64,000 nucleotides of DNA from IMG/VR virus record IMGVR_UViG_3300033512_000504; one strand, given 5' to 3'. The translations under genes were made by a program, and so were the position numbers. This document shows positions 40,030 through 49,570 of this stretch, piece after piece. Within the stretch, counting starts at the first letter, position 1; each line of letters opens with the position of its first letter. The notes beneath the pieces were generated by a model that ran no database searches, was not told the origin of the DNA, and worked only from the letters and a program-made list of their open reading frames with translations. This stretch comes from a virus.

Positions 40030-40106
40030 AGCGGTGTAGCTCAGTTGGTTAGAGCAGATCCTTCATACGGATAAGGTCGGGGGTTCGAATCCCTCCGCCG
40101 CTACCA
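40030..40106 (+). tRNA. tRNA(CAT): elongator Met or Ile2
   Basis: AGCGGTG/CGCCGCT, TT CAT AC loop, CCA. Confidence 0.9.
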
Positions 40107-40161
40107 ATATATTGAATATAAAATTTAATCCTGTATAATGTATATAAAAAAGGAGTAAATT

Positions 40162-40450
40162 ATGGCGTTATTAATCAATCTGTTTGCAGGTCCGGGAACT
40201 GGTAAATCCACAACTATGGCGGGTGTTTTTTCAGAATTAAAATTGAGAGGAGTTAATTGCGAAATGGCTCCAGAGTTCGCCAAAGAGAAAGTATGGGAGA
40301 AGTCAGTGAATATATTGGAGAACCAAATCTATGTTTTTGGTAAACAATATAATACAATTCACCGTTTGTTGGGACAAGTAGATATTATAATTACTGATTC
40401 GCCTTTATTGTTATCTTCTATATATGGAACAAATGAAACCAAGCTTTTTC
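40162..40450 (+). pseudogene. P-loop kinase/ATPase (AAA_28/NadR-like) truncated by tnpB element
   Basis: AGPGTGKST, ITDSP; the frame runs into the IS right end at 40451 and no C-terminal half is seen on the other side. Confidence 0.65.
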
Positions 40451-41820
40451 ATCAACTACCCAATGACTAAAGATCATTGGGTTTGCGAGACCTTATCTCA
40501 CTATTAGCACGTTGATGGTGCTTGCCTATTAGGTTCAATCTACCGTCAATAGGTATATTAAACGAAACAGGGAGTTCTACGCCTTTTACTTTCTTTCTCA
40601 TGGCGTAACGATTTGCAATGTTTATTGATGCATTCCAGTCAGCATCAAAAACTTTGCTATCGCTTGTGTAATACCTACATCCCTGTCTTTTTCCTTTTTT
40701 AATACCTCTATAGTCATTCTTTGAGGTATAGGCAGGGTCAACCGTTACCACTATTTTCCCCTGTAGTGGTGCCTTGTAGGTTAATATTCTTCTTAAATCA
40801 AAATATGGAACTTGAGCTTGTTTGTTATTGAATTTCTTTCCTCTGTGGTGTTGTTTTATTCCACTCAAATCTTCCATTACTATTACATTGCATTTTGTTT
40901 CTAGGATTTTGTTCGAAATAAGATGTGATTCGTTTTTATTCTTATTGAACTCTTTTTTCTTAAGTGTTTTTAGTTTTTTCTGTGCTGAACGAGAAAAAGA
41001 AGTCTTACTCTTTGATTTAAATATTCTCTTTTTATATCTAAGTTTTCGTTTCTCTTTAAGAAATTGTTTATCTGTTATTGCTATGCCTTCCGATGTAGTA
41101 GCTAATCTTTTTATCCCCAAGTCTATTCCAATACAACCGTTTTCAATTAGTGTTGGTGTATTGACTTCAAAGGAAACTGAAAGCCATATATCATTATTCC
41201 TTACAAAAAGAAGTGGATCACAAACAGAATATTTTAAAAACATATCTTTGAATTTATCATATGGAGAATACGAGCAAACTATTCTTTTTCCTGTAGTTGT
41301 TAGTTTTATTTGATTATTAGGAAGAAAAGTGTATATTCTTTTGTCCAGTCTAATTGAAAGGTTTTCTTGTTTTGCTGCTTCAGTAATATTTTGGTGATTT
41401 GATTGAATAGTTTTATATGTGGAGTAAACCGAATCTTTTGCTCTGATGATTACTTGAGATGGACAATTTGGAAATAGGTTTCTGCATTGATGGTAGTTTT
41501 TGTCATGGATTAGTTTCTTATCAACGGTTTTAGATTCAAAAACATATTCTGCCATATAATTCCAAACTTTTTGATGTTCCAAAAGCATATCGACAAGAGA
41601 GGTTTTATCTTCTTGCTTTTGGAATTGGAGTTTAATATTATATGTTAAAACGTTCATATTTATGTATTTCTATATTTATTTATCATTTTCCTTTATTTTT
41701 GTTGCTTTTTGTTAAAATATAGCTATAATATAGAAAATAAGAAAGGAGATGGGCGGATTTAGACTGGTTGAAAATGGTTTCGCTTACCCACGACACTGAA
41801 GATGTCGGGGTTTCCGCTCA
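40451..41820 (-). mobile_element. non-autonomous IS200/IS605 (tnpB-only) element
   Basis: Left end TGAGCGGAAACCCC..GGGTAAGCGAA (41820 downward) resembles the 54059 left end; right end CCCAATGA..TCATTGGGTAGTTGAT. Confidence 0.75.
40467..41657 (-). CDS. tnpB: TnpB, copy 2 (Zn-finger cysteines largely absent)
   Basis: GIDLG, VMEDL, DADWNAS; no CxxC pairs before RuvC-III. Confidence 0.9.
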   Translation of the reverse strand: MNVLTYNIKLQFQKQEDKTSLVDMLLEHQKVWNYMAEYVFESKTVDKKLIHDKNYHQCRNLFPNCPSQVIIRAKDSVYSTYKTIQSNHQNITEAAKQENLSIRLDKRIYTFLPNNQIKLTTTGKRIVCSYSPYDKFKDMFLKYSVCDPLLFVRNNDIWLSVSFEVNTPTLIENGCIGIDLGIKRLATTSEGIAITDKQFLKEKRKLRYKKRIFKSKSKTSFSRSAQKKLKTLKKKEFNKNKNESHLISNKILETKCNVIVMEDLSGIKQHHRGKKFNNKQAQVPYFDLRRILTYKAPLQGKIVVTVDPAYTSKNDYRGIKKGKRQGCRYYTSDSKVFDADWNASINIANRYAMRKKVKGVELPVSFNIPIDGRLNLIGKHHQRANSEIRSRKPNDL

Positions 41821-41855
41821 CTAACAAATGAAACAGTTAAGGCGGCGATTAAATT

Positions 41856-42332
41856 ATGCAAAACCAAATAACAGTTGAACGTACCGATTATATCTCCTCC
41901 ATCGACGGAAAAACGTATTATGGCTCAGAAATAACTTTCCCGATTGAAATTCGAGAAGGTTCTGCTTTTATCCGCTTTAAAAATGAGTTGTCTCCGTTAT
42001 CGTTACGATGTTATCATATTGGAAGTGAAGATTATGGTTATAAATGTGCAACATTTGATTATGATTTTGGAATGACTCACACTGTTCCATTAGAACAAGA
42101 ACATAATTGCATATTGACAGATTCAGATGGTAGAACAGATGAGGAAAAAATTGCATTTGACGTTATTTTTGATTTGTTTCATGCTTTTTTTCATCCAAAA
42201 ATGGACACGAATTATACAGATTGCCATTGGGCGTTATATGGCAATTTAAAGGATAGAGTTGAAATTGGAAGATACGACGAAACTGAGGAAACTGACGAAA
42301 CTGAGAAAAATAATGAATTACATCCAGAATGA
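41856..42332 (+). CDS. hypothetical protein
   Basis: 158 aa ORF. Confidence 0.5.
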   Translation: MQNQITVERTDYISSIDGKTYYGSEITFPIEIREGSAFIRFKNELSPLSLRCYHIGSEDYGYKCATFDYDFGMTHTVPLEQEHNCILTDSDGRTDEEKIAFDVIFDLFHAFFHPKMDTNYTDCHWALYGNLKDRVEIGRYDETEETDETEKNNELHPE

Positions 42333-43113
42333 TCAACAAAAAAGAATTAAAGCGTTGAATGCGTTGGATTTTATGCGTTCTCATCCTGCATTCAGTCCAG
42401 AATTACTAGGAGATTCATTGTTTGATGGAACTTGGTTTCATATGACTAAATGTTGCAAACGAGGTAAAAGTGATAGTTCAAGGAAATTTATGACAGTATA
42501 TCGTGGGCAAAAAGGGTGGAAAAGATTCAAAAAGAAATTCGATAGAGAGTATAAAGATAGCGATGAAAAATTAGAATTTCAAAATATTACAGTTTCATAT
42601 AAAGAATTTTATGGAGAGCCTTGGAAATTTGACCACGTTGAATATTGGTACGAGACAACTTTCTTTGTATATGATGGAAATCCTTATGACCAAGATGCAT
42701 GCAGGGATTATAAATATTGGAGTCGTCATAGCGAAAACCACGGAGGAGCCTACACTTTTGAAGATGCGTTAATAAAACAAGCAAGAGAGATGAAACAATT
42801 ATATGGGTCGTTTTGCCATGATGATTTTATTACAAAAGCGGAAATAAATAATCAAAACAAAAACCATATGTTTAAACATGATATTTTGGACACCAGTAAC
42901 AGACACACTTTATGCGAAAGGAATCCAAAATATTTGAACGTTACAAATGGAATGACAAATTTAAGATGGCTTAAATGGTTTATTACTACAGATTATTGCA
43001 AAAAAGATTATGATTTTTCCATGGACGGGTTTAAAACAAAAATAAATAATTTAGAGAAATTCGAAACTAAATCACGCAAAAAATTGGTTAAAAAGTACAC
43101 AGAAGGGGAATAA
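42313..43113 (+). CDS. hypothetical protein
   Basis: Long ORF; start reassigned to 42313. Confidence 0.6.
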   Translation: MNYIQNDQQKRIKALNALDFMRSHPAFSPELLGDSLFDGTWFHMTKCCKRGKSDSSRKFMTVYRGQKGWKRFKKKFDREYKDSDEKLEFQNITVSYKEFYGEPWKFDHVEYWYETTFFVYDGNPYDQDACRDYKYWSRHSENHGGAYTFEDALIKQAREMKQLYGSFCHDDFITKAEINNQNKNHMFKHDILDTSNRHTLCERNPKYLNVTNGMTNLRWLKWFITTDYCKKDYDFSMDGFKTKINNLEKFETKSRKKLVKKYTEGE

Positions 43114-43115
43114 AT

Positions 43116-43907
43116 ATGATATTAAAGCATTATGAATTAAACGAACACGAACAAGCGTTAGCAAATATGACTGTTCAAGAATTTGATAAATATATGACAG
43201 ACAATTATGCACAGCTTTTCAAGAACCGATTTCGGACTCCTGAAGATCAATATATTATGCCTATGCATTTTGGATTTGAAATCGGACCGGGTTGGCGTCA
43301 TGTATTGGATTCTTTATGTTCTAAATTAAAATTCATTCAAGATCATTTCAATGTGACGTGCGTATTCGACCAAATCAAAGAAAAAATGGGAGGGGCACGA
43401 TTTTACAGCCATGTTGAAATCAATCAATCTTCAAATTTAACAGAAAAAGAATATGCTATTATCGACGATATAATTTCAACGCTTGTTTCAAATAGCGAAG
43501 AGTATTGCGACTATATTTGTGAAGTTATCGGGAATAATATTGATCCTTGGGAGAAGATAAAGTTAGGTGGATGGTATTATGGATGTGGACTAGAAGGATT
43601 CAAGGTTCAATGGGAAGATTCTCCAGATAGAATTATAGCTGCTGAAAAAGCTTACGAACGGTCATCAAAGTTGCATGATATCGAATCTCGCATGGGAATT
43701 TTAAATGACGAGGAATTAGACGCAATAGAAGAAAGAATAGCAGAAAAAGAAGAAGAAATAAGAAACAAAACACTAGCCGTTTGTGATCGCATAGAGGCTA
43801 AGTTTAAATTAAATCAAGCAAAAAATGTAGACAAAAACAAAGAAAAAGTTGATGGTCAAGTTTGGTCGAATTTTAGTCCAACATTTGACGATATCGAAGA
43901 ATATTAA
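43116..43907 (+). CDS. conserved-looking phage hypothetical protein
   Basis: GFE.GPGW, QIKEK.GG.RFY, C.V.G motifs. Confidence 0.6.
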   Translation: MILKHYELNEHEQALANMTVQEFDKYMTDNYAQLFKNRFRTPEDQYIMPMHFGFEIGPGWRHVLDSLCSKLKFIQDHFNVTCVFDQIKEKMGGARFYSHVEINQSSNLTEKEYAIIDDIISTLVSNSEEYCDYICEVIGNNIDPWEKIKLGGWYYGCGLEGFKVQWEDSPDRIIAAEKAYERSSKLHDIESRMGILNDEELDAIEERIAEKEEEIRNKTLAVCDRIEAKFKLNQAKNVDKNKEKVDGQVWSNFSPTFDDIEEY

Positions 43908-43917
43908 ATAATAAAGT

Positions 43918-43992
43918 GTCCCTATAGTGTAATGGACAGCACAAAAGCCTTCTAAGCTTTTAGTCTAGGTTCGAATCCTAGTAGGGACGCCA
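43918..43992 (+). tRNA. tRNA-Arg(TCT)
   Basis: GTCCCTA/TAGGGAC, CT TCT AA loop, GCCA. Confidence 0.95.
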
Positions 43993-44064
43993 ATTAAAGG
44001 ATATTTATGGAGTTTATTGCAATTTGTTTTCACAGCTTGTTCACTTAATATTTAACGGAGAGAT

Positions 44065-44340
44065 ATGATAGATTGTCCAATATGTTTAGGAAATGGCGAA
44101 TTAAAAATATTCAGTAAAACTACTCCAACTATCAAATGCCATTTCTGTGAAGGTTTAAAACAAATAGAAGAGATACACCTAGAGTGGATAGAACAAGGTA
44201 AAATGTTGAAAAACAATAGGATTTCTAGCCAATTAACATTGAAGGAAGCTGCGACCTTGTTAGAAGTAGATGTGCTATGTTTGTCGGATATGGAAAATGG
44301 CAAAGTCAAACCTAATATGGATTTAATCAACTATATTTAG
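44065..44340 (+). CDS. DnaJ-type Zn finger plus XRE helix-turn-helix protein
   Basis: CPICLGNG, CHFCEG; LTLKEAA...LSDMENG. Confidence 0.7.
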   Translation: MIDCPICLGNGELKIFSKTTPTIKCHFCEGLKQIEEIHLEWIEQGKMLKNNRISSQLTLKEAATLLEVDVLCLSDMENGKVKPNMDLINYI

Positions 44341-44900
44341 GCAAGAACGTTTTTGTTGTAAATTATGTAATGTGTATCATTGTTGTTTGGATCTGCTGCG
44401 TTGGGAATAACTACAGAAATACCATCAATACCATTATCTACCATTAACCGAACAAATTCATTTGGATTTTGGTGAGAAAATACATCTGCCCATATAAGCA
44501 TTAATTGTTCAATAGCGTTATTGTCATCCAATATGTTTTGAATCAACATGCGTCTTCCAATGTTGTAATTCTCATGCCAATTTGAAACTGCTATCTCTAT
44601 TCGCTCTCTGTCCATGCCTTGTAATATTTTATCGATTTGTCTGTAATTAAGTTTAGGCGATGATTCTGTCAATATGTTAGCGTTTTGTAATGTTTTTCTA
44701 GTTATATTACTACCATAAAATCCAGCATTTTCTTCAGATACGGTAAAATATATTCCCGGACCATGTGCTTTTGATGAAGATAATTCTTTCCCGAGCGTGT
44801 TTACAGCATAGTCGTGATCAAAATCGTTTATATCAATAGGATTCTCGTCGCCCCTGAATAACGACATTTGATCTTCTTTTGCTTTTTTATACCAGTTCAT
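44337..44900 (-). CDS. ART-fold-like protein with MNWYKKA N-terminus
   Basis: LFRG, HGPGIYFT, A.FYG, DGI...HYIIYN. Confidence 0.5.
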   Translation of the reverse strand: MNWYKKAKEDQMSLFRGDENPIDINDFDHDYAVNTLGKELSSSKAHGPGIYFTVSEENAGFYGSNITRKTLQNANILTESSPKLNYRQIDKILQGMDRERIEIAVSNWHENYNIGRRMLIQNILDDNNAIEQLMLIWADVFSHQNPNEFVRLMVDNGIDGISVVIPNAADPNNNDTHYIIYNKNVLA

Positions 44901-45050
44901 TATTAATATTTCAAAAAACTGCCGATTATGTCCTTTTTATGGATTTTTGAAGATTATACTTGATTTTGAAAAATTATTATGTATAATGGAGTTATAAATT
45001 AAAGGAATTTAGAAAACGATTTTGAATAAGTAGAGATAGGAGTTCACAAT

Positions 45051-45125
45051 ATGTCATTTATGCAACAACAGAATAATCAAAATAACCAAAAGCCTGAGGG
45101 CTTCTTGGAACGGATTATTCTGTAA
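45051..45125 (+). CDS. putative attenuator leader peptide, Gln/Asn-rich (MSFMQQQNNQNNQKPEGFLERIIL)
   Basis: SD GGAG at an 8-nt spacing; nine consecutive Q/N codons; precedes Asn/Gln/Asn tRNAs. Confidence 0.8.
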   Translation: MSFMQQQNNQNNQKPEGFLERIIL

Positions 45126-45147
45126 AAAGCATAATCAAAGTCCACTG

Positions 45148-45179
45148 AAGACCCTCGGAAATTTCTGAGGGTCTTTTTT
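45148..45179 (+). terminator. intrinsic terminator (attenuator 3)
   Basis: AAGACCCTCGGAA-AT-TTCTGAGGGTCTT followed by a T run. Confidence 0.85.
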
Positions 45180-45204
45180 ATTGATCTTTTAACAATTTAA
45201 ATAT

Positions 45205-45280
45205 TCCGGTGTAGCTCAGTTGGTAGAGTAGGTGACTGTTAATCACCCCGTCGCTGGTTCGAGTCCAGCCACCGGAGCCA
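45205..45280 (+). tRNA. tRNA-Asn(GTT)
   Basis: TCCGGTG/CACCGGA, G73, CCA. Confidence 0.95.
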
Positions 45281-45286
45281 TTTTAT

Positions 45287-45362
45287 TGACTCGTAGTACA
45301 ATTGGCAGTACACCAGATTTTGATTCTGGGTGTTGGTGGTTCGAGTCCACCCGAGTCAACCA
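45287..45362 (+). tRNA. tRNA-Gln(TTG)
   Basis: TGACTCG/CGAGTCA, TT TTG AT loop, CCA. Confidence 0.95.
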
Positions 45363-45379
45363 TTTTAAAATTTGAATAT

Positions 45380-45455
45380 TCCTGATTAGCTCAATTGGTG
45401 GAGCAAGATGCTGTTAACATCGAGGTTCGGGGTCCGAGTCCCTGATCAGGAGCCA
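45380..45455 (+). tRNA. tRNA-Asn(GTT), second copy
   Basis: TCCTGAT/ATCAGGA, CT GTT AA loop; T-loop has TCC instead of TTC. Confidence 0.9.
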
Positions 45456-45460
45456 TTTTG

Positions 45461-45499
45461 TGGCAGTAGCAAAATGTTTTGCTACTGCCATATTTTTTT
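45461..45499 (+). terminator. hairpin terminator after the Asn/Gln cluster
   Basis: TGGCAGTAGCAAAA..TTTTGCTACTGCCA followed by a T run. Confidence 0.75.
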
Positions 45500-45568
45500 A
45501 AAGGAATCGCTTTTGTTGTTAACGAATAATTACGTGTACTCGTTAACATCTAGGTAAAGGAGATATAA

Positions 45569-46276
45569 ATGAACATGAATAGGAAAACAAGTCCAATATG
45601 GATTAGTTGCACAAAAGAAGAGTTTTCTGAATTAATTAAGAAAAGCAAAACTTTTACAGAGGCATTGGCGTTTTTTGGATTAGGGAATAAGGGTAATAAT
45701 TATAGAACATTAAGAGAAAGAATGGATTATGAGAATGTTCAATATGCGCATTTATATGAAAACATTTACAGAAAAAAAGAATTTGGTAAAAAAACACCCA
45801 TTCAAAATATTCTTGTAGAAGGGTCTAAATATTCAAGACCTGATTTAAAGAGAAGACTTTTGGAGGAAAATTTACTAGAGAACAGGTGCTCAGTATGTGG
45901 GTTAATGCCAGAGTGGGAAGGAATGTCTTTAGTTATGATATTAGATCATATTAATGGTATTTCTAATGATAATAGGTTATCTAATTTAAGATTTATATGT
46001 CCTAATTGCAATAGTCAGACAAAGACATTTTCTGGTCGCAACGTAAAAAGACCAATAGATCCGAATAAAATTTGCAAATGCGGGAATAAAAAATGGGTAT
46101 TAGCTAAATTGTGTAAGGAGTGTTCGGGCATTGAGCTTCGTAAATGTGAGCATCCAACAAAAGAGCAATTAGCCGAAGATATATGTACATTATCTTGGGT
46201 AGCAATCGGAAAGAAATATGGCGTATCCGACTCTGCCTGCAAGAAATGGGCAAGGAAATACGGATTAATTGTATAA
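45569..46276 (+). CDS. HNH endonuclease with C-terminal helix-turn-helix
   Basis: CSVC, LDHING..DNR.SNLRFICPNC. Confidence 0.9.
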   Translation: MNMNRKTSPIWISCTKEEFSELIKKSKTFTEALAFFGLGNKGNNYRTLRERMDYENVQYAHLYENIYRKKEFGKKTPIQNILVEGSKYSRPDLKRRLLEENLLENRCSVCGLMPEWEGMSLVMILDHINGISNDNRLSNLRFICPNCNSQTKTFSGRNVKRPIDPNKICKCGNKKWVLAKLCKECSGIELRKCEHPTKEQLAEDICTLSWVAIGKKYGVSDSACKKWARKYGLIV

Positions 46277-46282
46277 TAACCC

Positions 46283-46666
46283 ATGAACATTGATATCGAT
46301 AAAGGGATTTGGTTAGTGGTTGTTGATACTGGAAGTGCATCAATACAATCAATAAAGCCAGATTTTATTGAAACGAAGGCGGCATTACATCACGTTAAAG
46401 AAGCAATGACCAAAGCTATGTTAAAAGCTGCTGAATTACGACCAAAATCCGTTCAAATGTCCAAGAAAGAGATAGAGGCGTGGGCGGTATATGAGAAGAC
46501 GATGGGCGATGAAATGCCAAATCAATTTCAGTATGCGTCAATACATGATGTTGTTGAGGCTGGCACAAAAGTAATTGAAGAACACATAAAAAAAGAAAAT
46601 AAAAAATTCAAAAAACTTTTACTTGCCGATAGAAATTCAATTTTAGATTTAGAAATTGAAAATTAA
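46283..46666 (+). CDS. hypothetical protein
   Basis: 127 aa ORF. Confidence 0.6.
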   Translation: MNIDIDKGIWLVVVDTGSASIQSIKPDFIETKAALHHVKEAMTKAMLKAAELRPKSVQMSKKEIEAWAVYEKTMGDEMPNQFQYASIHDVVEAGTKVIEEHIKKENKKFKKLLLADRNSILDLEIEN

Positions 46667-46669
46667 ATT

Positions 46670-48178
46670 TTAAACGACCACATCAGTACCTACAATAGCT
46701 GTACCGACTTTTGCCACTGTAACACCAGAAGAACTAGAGCTTGAAGAACTATAATCCTCGGAACTACTACTGGAACTAGAGCTATATTCTTCTGAACTAG
46801 AACTAGAGCTACTTGAGTCTATTGAAGAAGAACTAGAACTACTTGAATCCACTGAAGAAGAACTACTTGAGCTTGAATCTATAGAGCTAGAACTGGAAGA
46901 GCTATAACCAAACGAAGAACTGCTACTAGAGCTTGATGATTCGTTTTCAACTTGTGTCCATCCCGTATTTTGTTCAAGTCTCCATGTTGATCCATTAGAC
47001 CGCAAATGAATATAGTCTCCGCTTACCCATATATCGCCAGTGGTAGGATTAGATGGGGTAGATTGTCCATAAAGTTTTATGTTACCTGCAAAAACATTAT
47101 CGGCATTAATATAATCTAGAGTAGTTCCGCTTTCTACTGTCGAATTCATTATTCGATTATTTGTGCCGCCATAAGCCATAGCAACGAACAATCTTAATTC
47201 AGGAGACCAGCAAACAGCAGCCCATTGATTTTCATCTACTGCAACATACGACCAATCAGTTCCGTTAATAGAAGTCATTACCTCGTCTGCTGACCCAACA
47301 GCAACGAACAATCTTAATTCAGGAGACCAGCAAACAGAATACCATGTATTTGCGGTTACTGAAACATATGACCAATCAGTTCCGTTAGGAGAAGTCATTA
47401 CTTGATTTGCACCAGAATAAGCGACAGAAACGAACAAGCTTAATTCAGGAGACCAGCAAACGGCATTCCATGGATCTGCGGTTACTGAAACATATGACCA
47501 ATCAGTTCCGTTAGGAGAAGTCATTATTCTATTTGTACCAGAATCAGCAACAGCAACAAACAATCTTAATTCAGGAGACCAGCAAATTGATCTCCATGAA
47601 TTTGCTGTTACTAAAACATACGACCAATCAGTTCCGTTAGGAGAAGTCATTACTCTATTTGTACCAGAATCAGCAACAGCAACAAACAATCTTAATTCAG
47701 GAGACCAGCAAACAGAATACCATGTATTTGCGGTTACTGAAACATATGACCAATCAATTCCGTTAGGAGAAGTCATCACTCTATTTGTCCCGCCATAAGC
47801 AACAGCAACAAACAGTTTTAATTCAGGAGACCAGCAAATTGATGTCCAATTACTTGCGGCTACTGAAACATATGACCAATCAGTTCCATTAGGAGAAGTC
47901 ATTACTTGATTTGCACCACCACGAGCGACAGCAACAAATAATCTTAATTCAGGAGACCAGCAAATTGATGTCCATGGATTTAGGTGTACTGAGACAGAAT
48001 TCCAAGTTTTTCCGCCATCCAATCGCACAGCTCCATCAGACGCTATATGAGGGAGACTTCTGCCTTTTACATCTTGAACGGTATTTGTAATTGTTCGTGA
48101 CTCTATAGACACATCTCCAGTTACGGTAAGGTCGCTATGTATTTTTCTTTCTGTCCAGTCTATTACAATAGTTGCCAT
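46670..48178 (-). CDS. virion-type beta-propeller repeat protein with poly-Ser C-terminal tract
   Basis: Seven repeats of about 42 aa (W..VCWSPELRLFVAV...VMTSPNGTDW); about 70 aa of mostly Ser at the C-terminus. Confidence 0.7.
   Translation of the reverse strand: MATIVIDWTERKIHSDLTVTGDVSIESRTITNTVQDVKGRSLPHIASDGAVRLDGGKTWNSVSVHLNPWTSICWSPELRLFVAVARGGANQVMTSPNGTDWSYVSVAASNWTSICWSPELKLFVAVAYGGTNRVMTSPNGIDWSYVSVTANTWYSVCWSPELRLFVAVADSGTNRVMTSPNGTDWSYVLVTANSWRSICWSPELRLFVAVADSGTNRIMTSPNGTDWSYVSVTADPWNAVCWSPELSLFVSVAYSGANQVMTSPNGTDWSYVSVTANTWYSVCWSPELRLFVAVGSADEVMTSINGTDWSYVAVDENQWAAVCWSPELRLFVAMAYGGTNNRIMNSTVESGTTLDYINADNVFAGNIKLYGQSTPSNPTTGDIWVSGDYIHLRSNGSTWRLEQNTGWTQVENESSSSSSSSSFGYSSSSSSSIDSSSSSSSSVDSSSSSSSSIDSSSSSSSSEEYSSSSSSSSEDYSSSSSSSSGVTVAKVGTAIVGTDVVV
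47170..47990 (-). repeat. 7 coding tandem repeats, period 126 nt (one 120 nt)
   Basis: TTAATTCAGGAGACCAGCAAA recurs near 47194, 47314, 47440, 47566, 47692, 47818 and 47944. Confidence 0.9.
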
Positions 48179-48196
48179 TTAATGTTTTCTCCTAAA

Positions 48197-49570
48197 TTAT
48201 TCATCTGCCGCCTGAGTAATATCAACTTTAGCTACCCATATTATAGTTTTGCCAGCCTCTCCAGTAGCAGTTATCAATAAAGACTTGCCTACATTATCGG
48301 CTGTTACATCTACATCCCATGCTAACGTATCTTTGGCTATAATTTCCTTGATGATGCTACCAACGTCTGCAACTGTTCCTGCATTATTATCTATGCATCC
48401 GGTAAATTTAAAAAATGCTGATTCTCCAGCGGCGTCTTGTCTTCGTGCTACTACCGAAATTGTGTATCCCCATGTTGTGTCTGACGGTATAACTATTAAT
48501 GCTCCTCCTACGCCGCCAAGAGTAAGTTCGGTTGGTGTCGCTGTAGTTGTGGTAGTTTTAGCAACCAAGTCTATAGATCTAGCGTTGTCGTTTCCGCCAA
48601 GAATTATAGCGTAACTGAGATTATTGTCTTTTGCGAGACGCCCTGAGATATTACAATAATTGCCAGTATTGTTGTAATTATAATCTCCTGAAATGGTGCA
48701 ATGAGTACCTGAATTGTTGCAATTACTTTGTCCTGAAATTATACCATAGCTGCCTGAATTTTTGCAATTATTGTTTCCTGTAATACTGCTATAACTACCA
48801 GTATTGCCATAATTATTATATCCTGATATGCTGCAATGTGAACCATAGTTACAGGCTTTTGTTATATATTGGATATCGCTAATCGAATCTGCCACAATAT
48901 CAACAACTCCACCACCAATAGATGTTTTTACAGTGAAATTATCATTATCGAAATAAGTCACATAATATTGTTGAGTATTTGCAGTTAATCCCGAAGTTCC
49001 CACAGCAGTAAATCTAATAGGATCATTTGTTATAAATCCATGTCCAACACTTGTAATATAGCTATTGGAATTTGTAGCGGTTGCATTTGCTACTACCTTT
49101 GTAACCCCATTGTAAATTTCTCCTGAAATGTTGCAGAAATTACCGAAATTACCTATATTTCTATATCCCGAAATGGTGCTAAAATTGCCTGAGTTTAAAG
49201 TGTTGGTATTTCCTGTAATTAAAGAATATTTACACGAATTGGTATGGTTTCCTCTTCCACCAACGACACTGTGATTGCCGTCTGCTGTTATTCCATTATT
49301 TTGTCCACCCAAAATCACAGAATAAGGAGCGGCTGCGACATAAGCTGAATTAGTTTTTGCGGTTTGTAAATCTACTGAGTTATCGCCACGAGTATCTCCA
49401 ACTGTAGCTCCTTCATTATGTGCTCTAATATTTAATTTAGGAGTTATTGTGCCATCGTCTTCTTGTACAACGCCCAATGTTGAGTCAATAAAATCTTCAA
49501 AATCCAATTGTGTCGGTTTGTCGCCGGTTTGGAATTTAGATTTTAAAACTGTTTTATCTATTATGGACAT
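48197..49570 (-). CDS. tail-fibre-like protein with G/N-rich beta repeats
   Basis: N-terminal LKSKFQTGDKPTQ..F.DFIDS; repeated I.G..N..N.G.Y units. Confidence 0.65.
   Translation of the reverse strand: MSIIDKTVLKSKFQTGDKPTQLDFEDFIDSTLGVVQEDDGTITPKLNIRAHNEGATVGDTRGDNSVDLQTAKTNSAYVAAAPYSVILGGQNNGITADGNHSVVGGRGNHTNSCKYSLITGNTNTLNSGNFSTISGYRNIGNFGNFCNISGEIYNGVTKVVANATATNSNSYITSVGHGFITNDPIRFTAVGTSGLTANTQQYYVTYFDNDNFTVKTSIGGGVVDIVADSISDIQYITKACNYGSHCSISGYNNYGNTGSYSSITGNNNCKNSGSYGIISGQSNCNNSGTHCTISGDYNYNNTGNYCNISGRLAKDNNLSYAIILGGNDNARSIDLVAKTTTTTATPTELTLGGVGGALIVIPSDTTWGYTISVVARRQDAAGESAFFKFTGCIDNNAGTVADVGSIIKEIIAKDTLAWDVDVTADNVGKSLLITATGEAGKTIIWVAKVDITQAADE

Noticed and set aside
41745-41825. Riboswitch or ribozyme-like hairpin region
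   Set aside because: Its reverse complement matches the IS605 left end at 54059 (TGAGCG..AAACCCC..GTAAGCGAA), so it is a transposon end.
43860-43992. Attenuator for tRNA-Arg(TCT)
   Set aside because: The tRNA follows the upstream CDS stop by 10 nt, with no leader ORF or terminator.
47170-47990. Regular direct repeats resembling a CRISPR array
   Set aside because: Period of 126 nt, in frame, encoding propeller blades, with similar rather than unique spacers. No CRISPR array was seen anywhere in the window.
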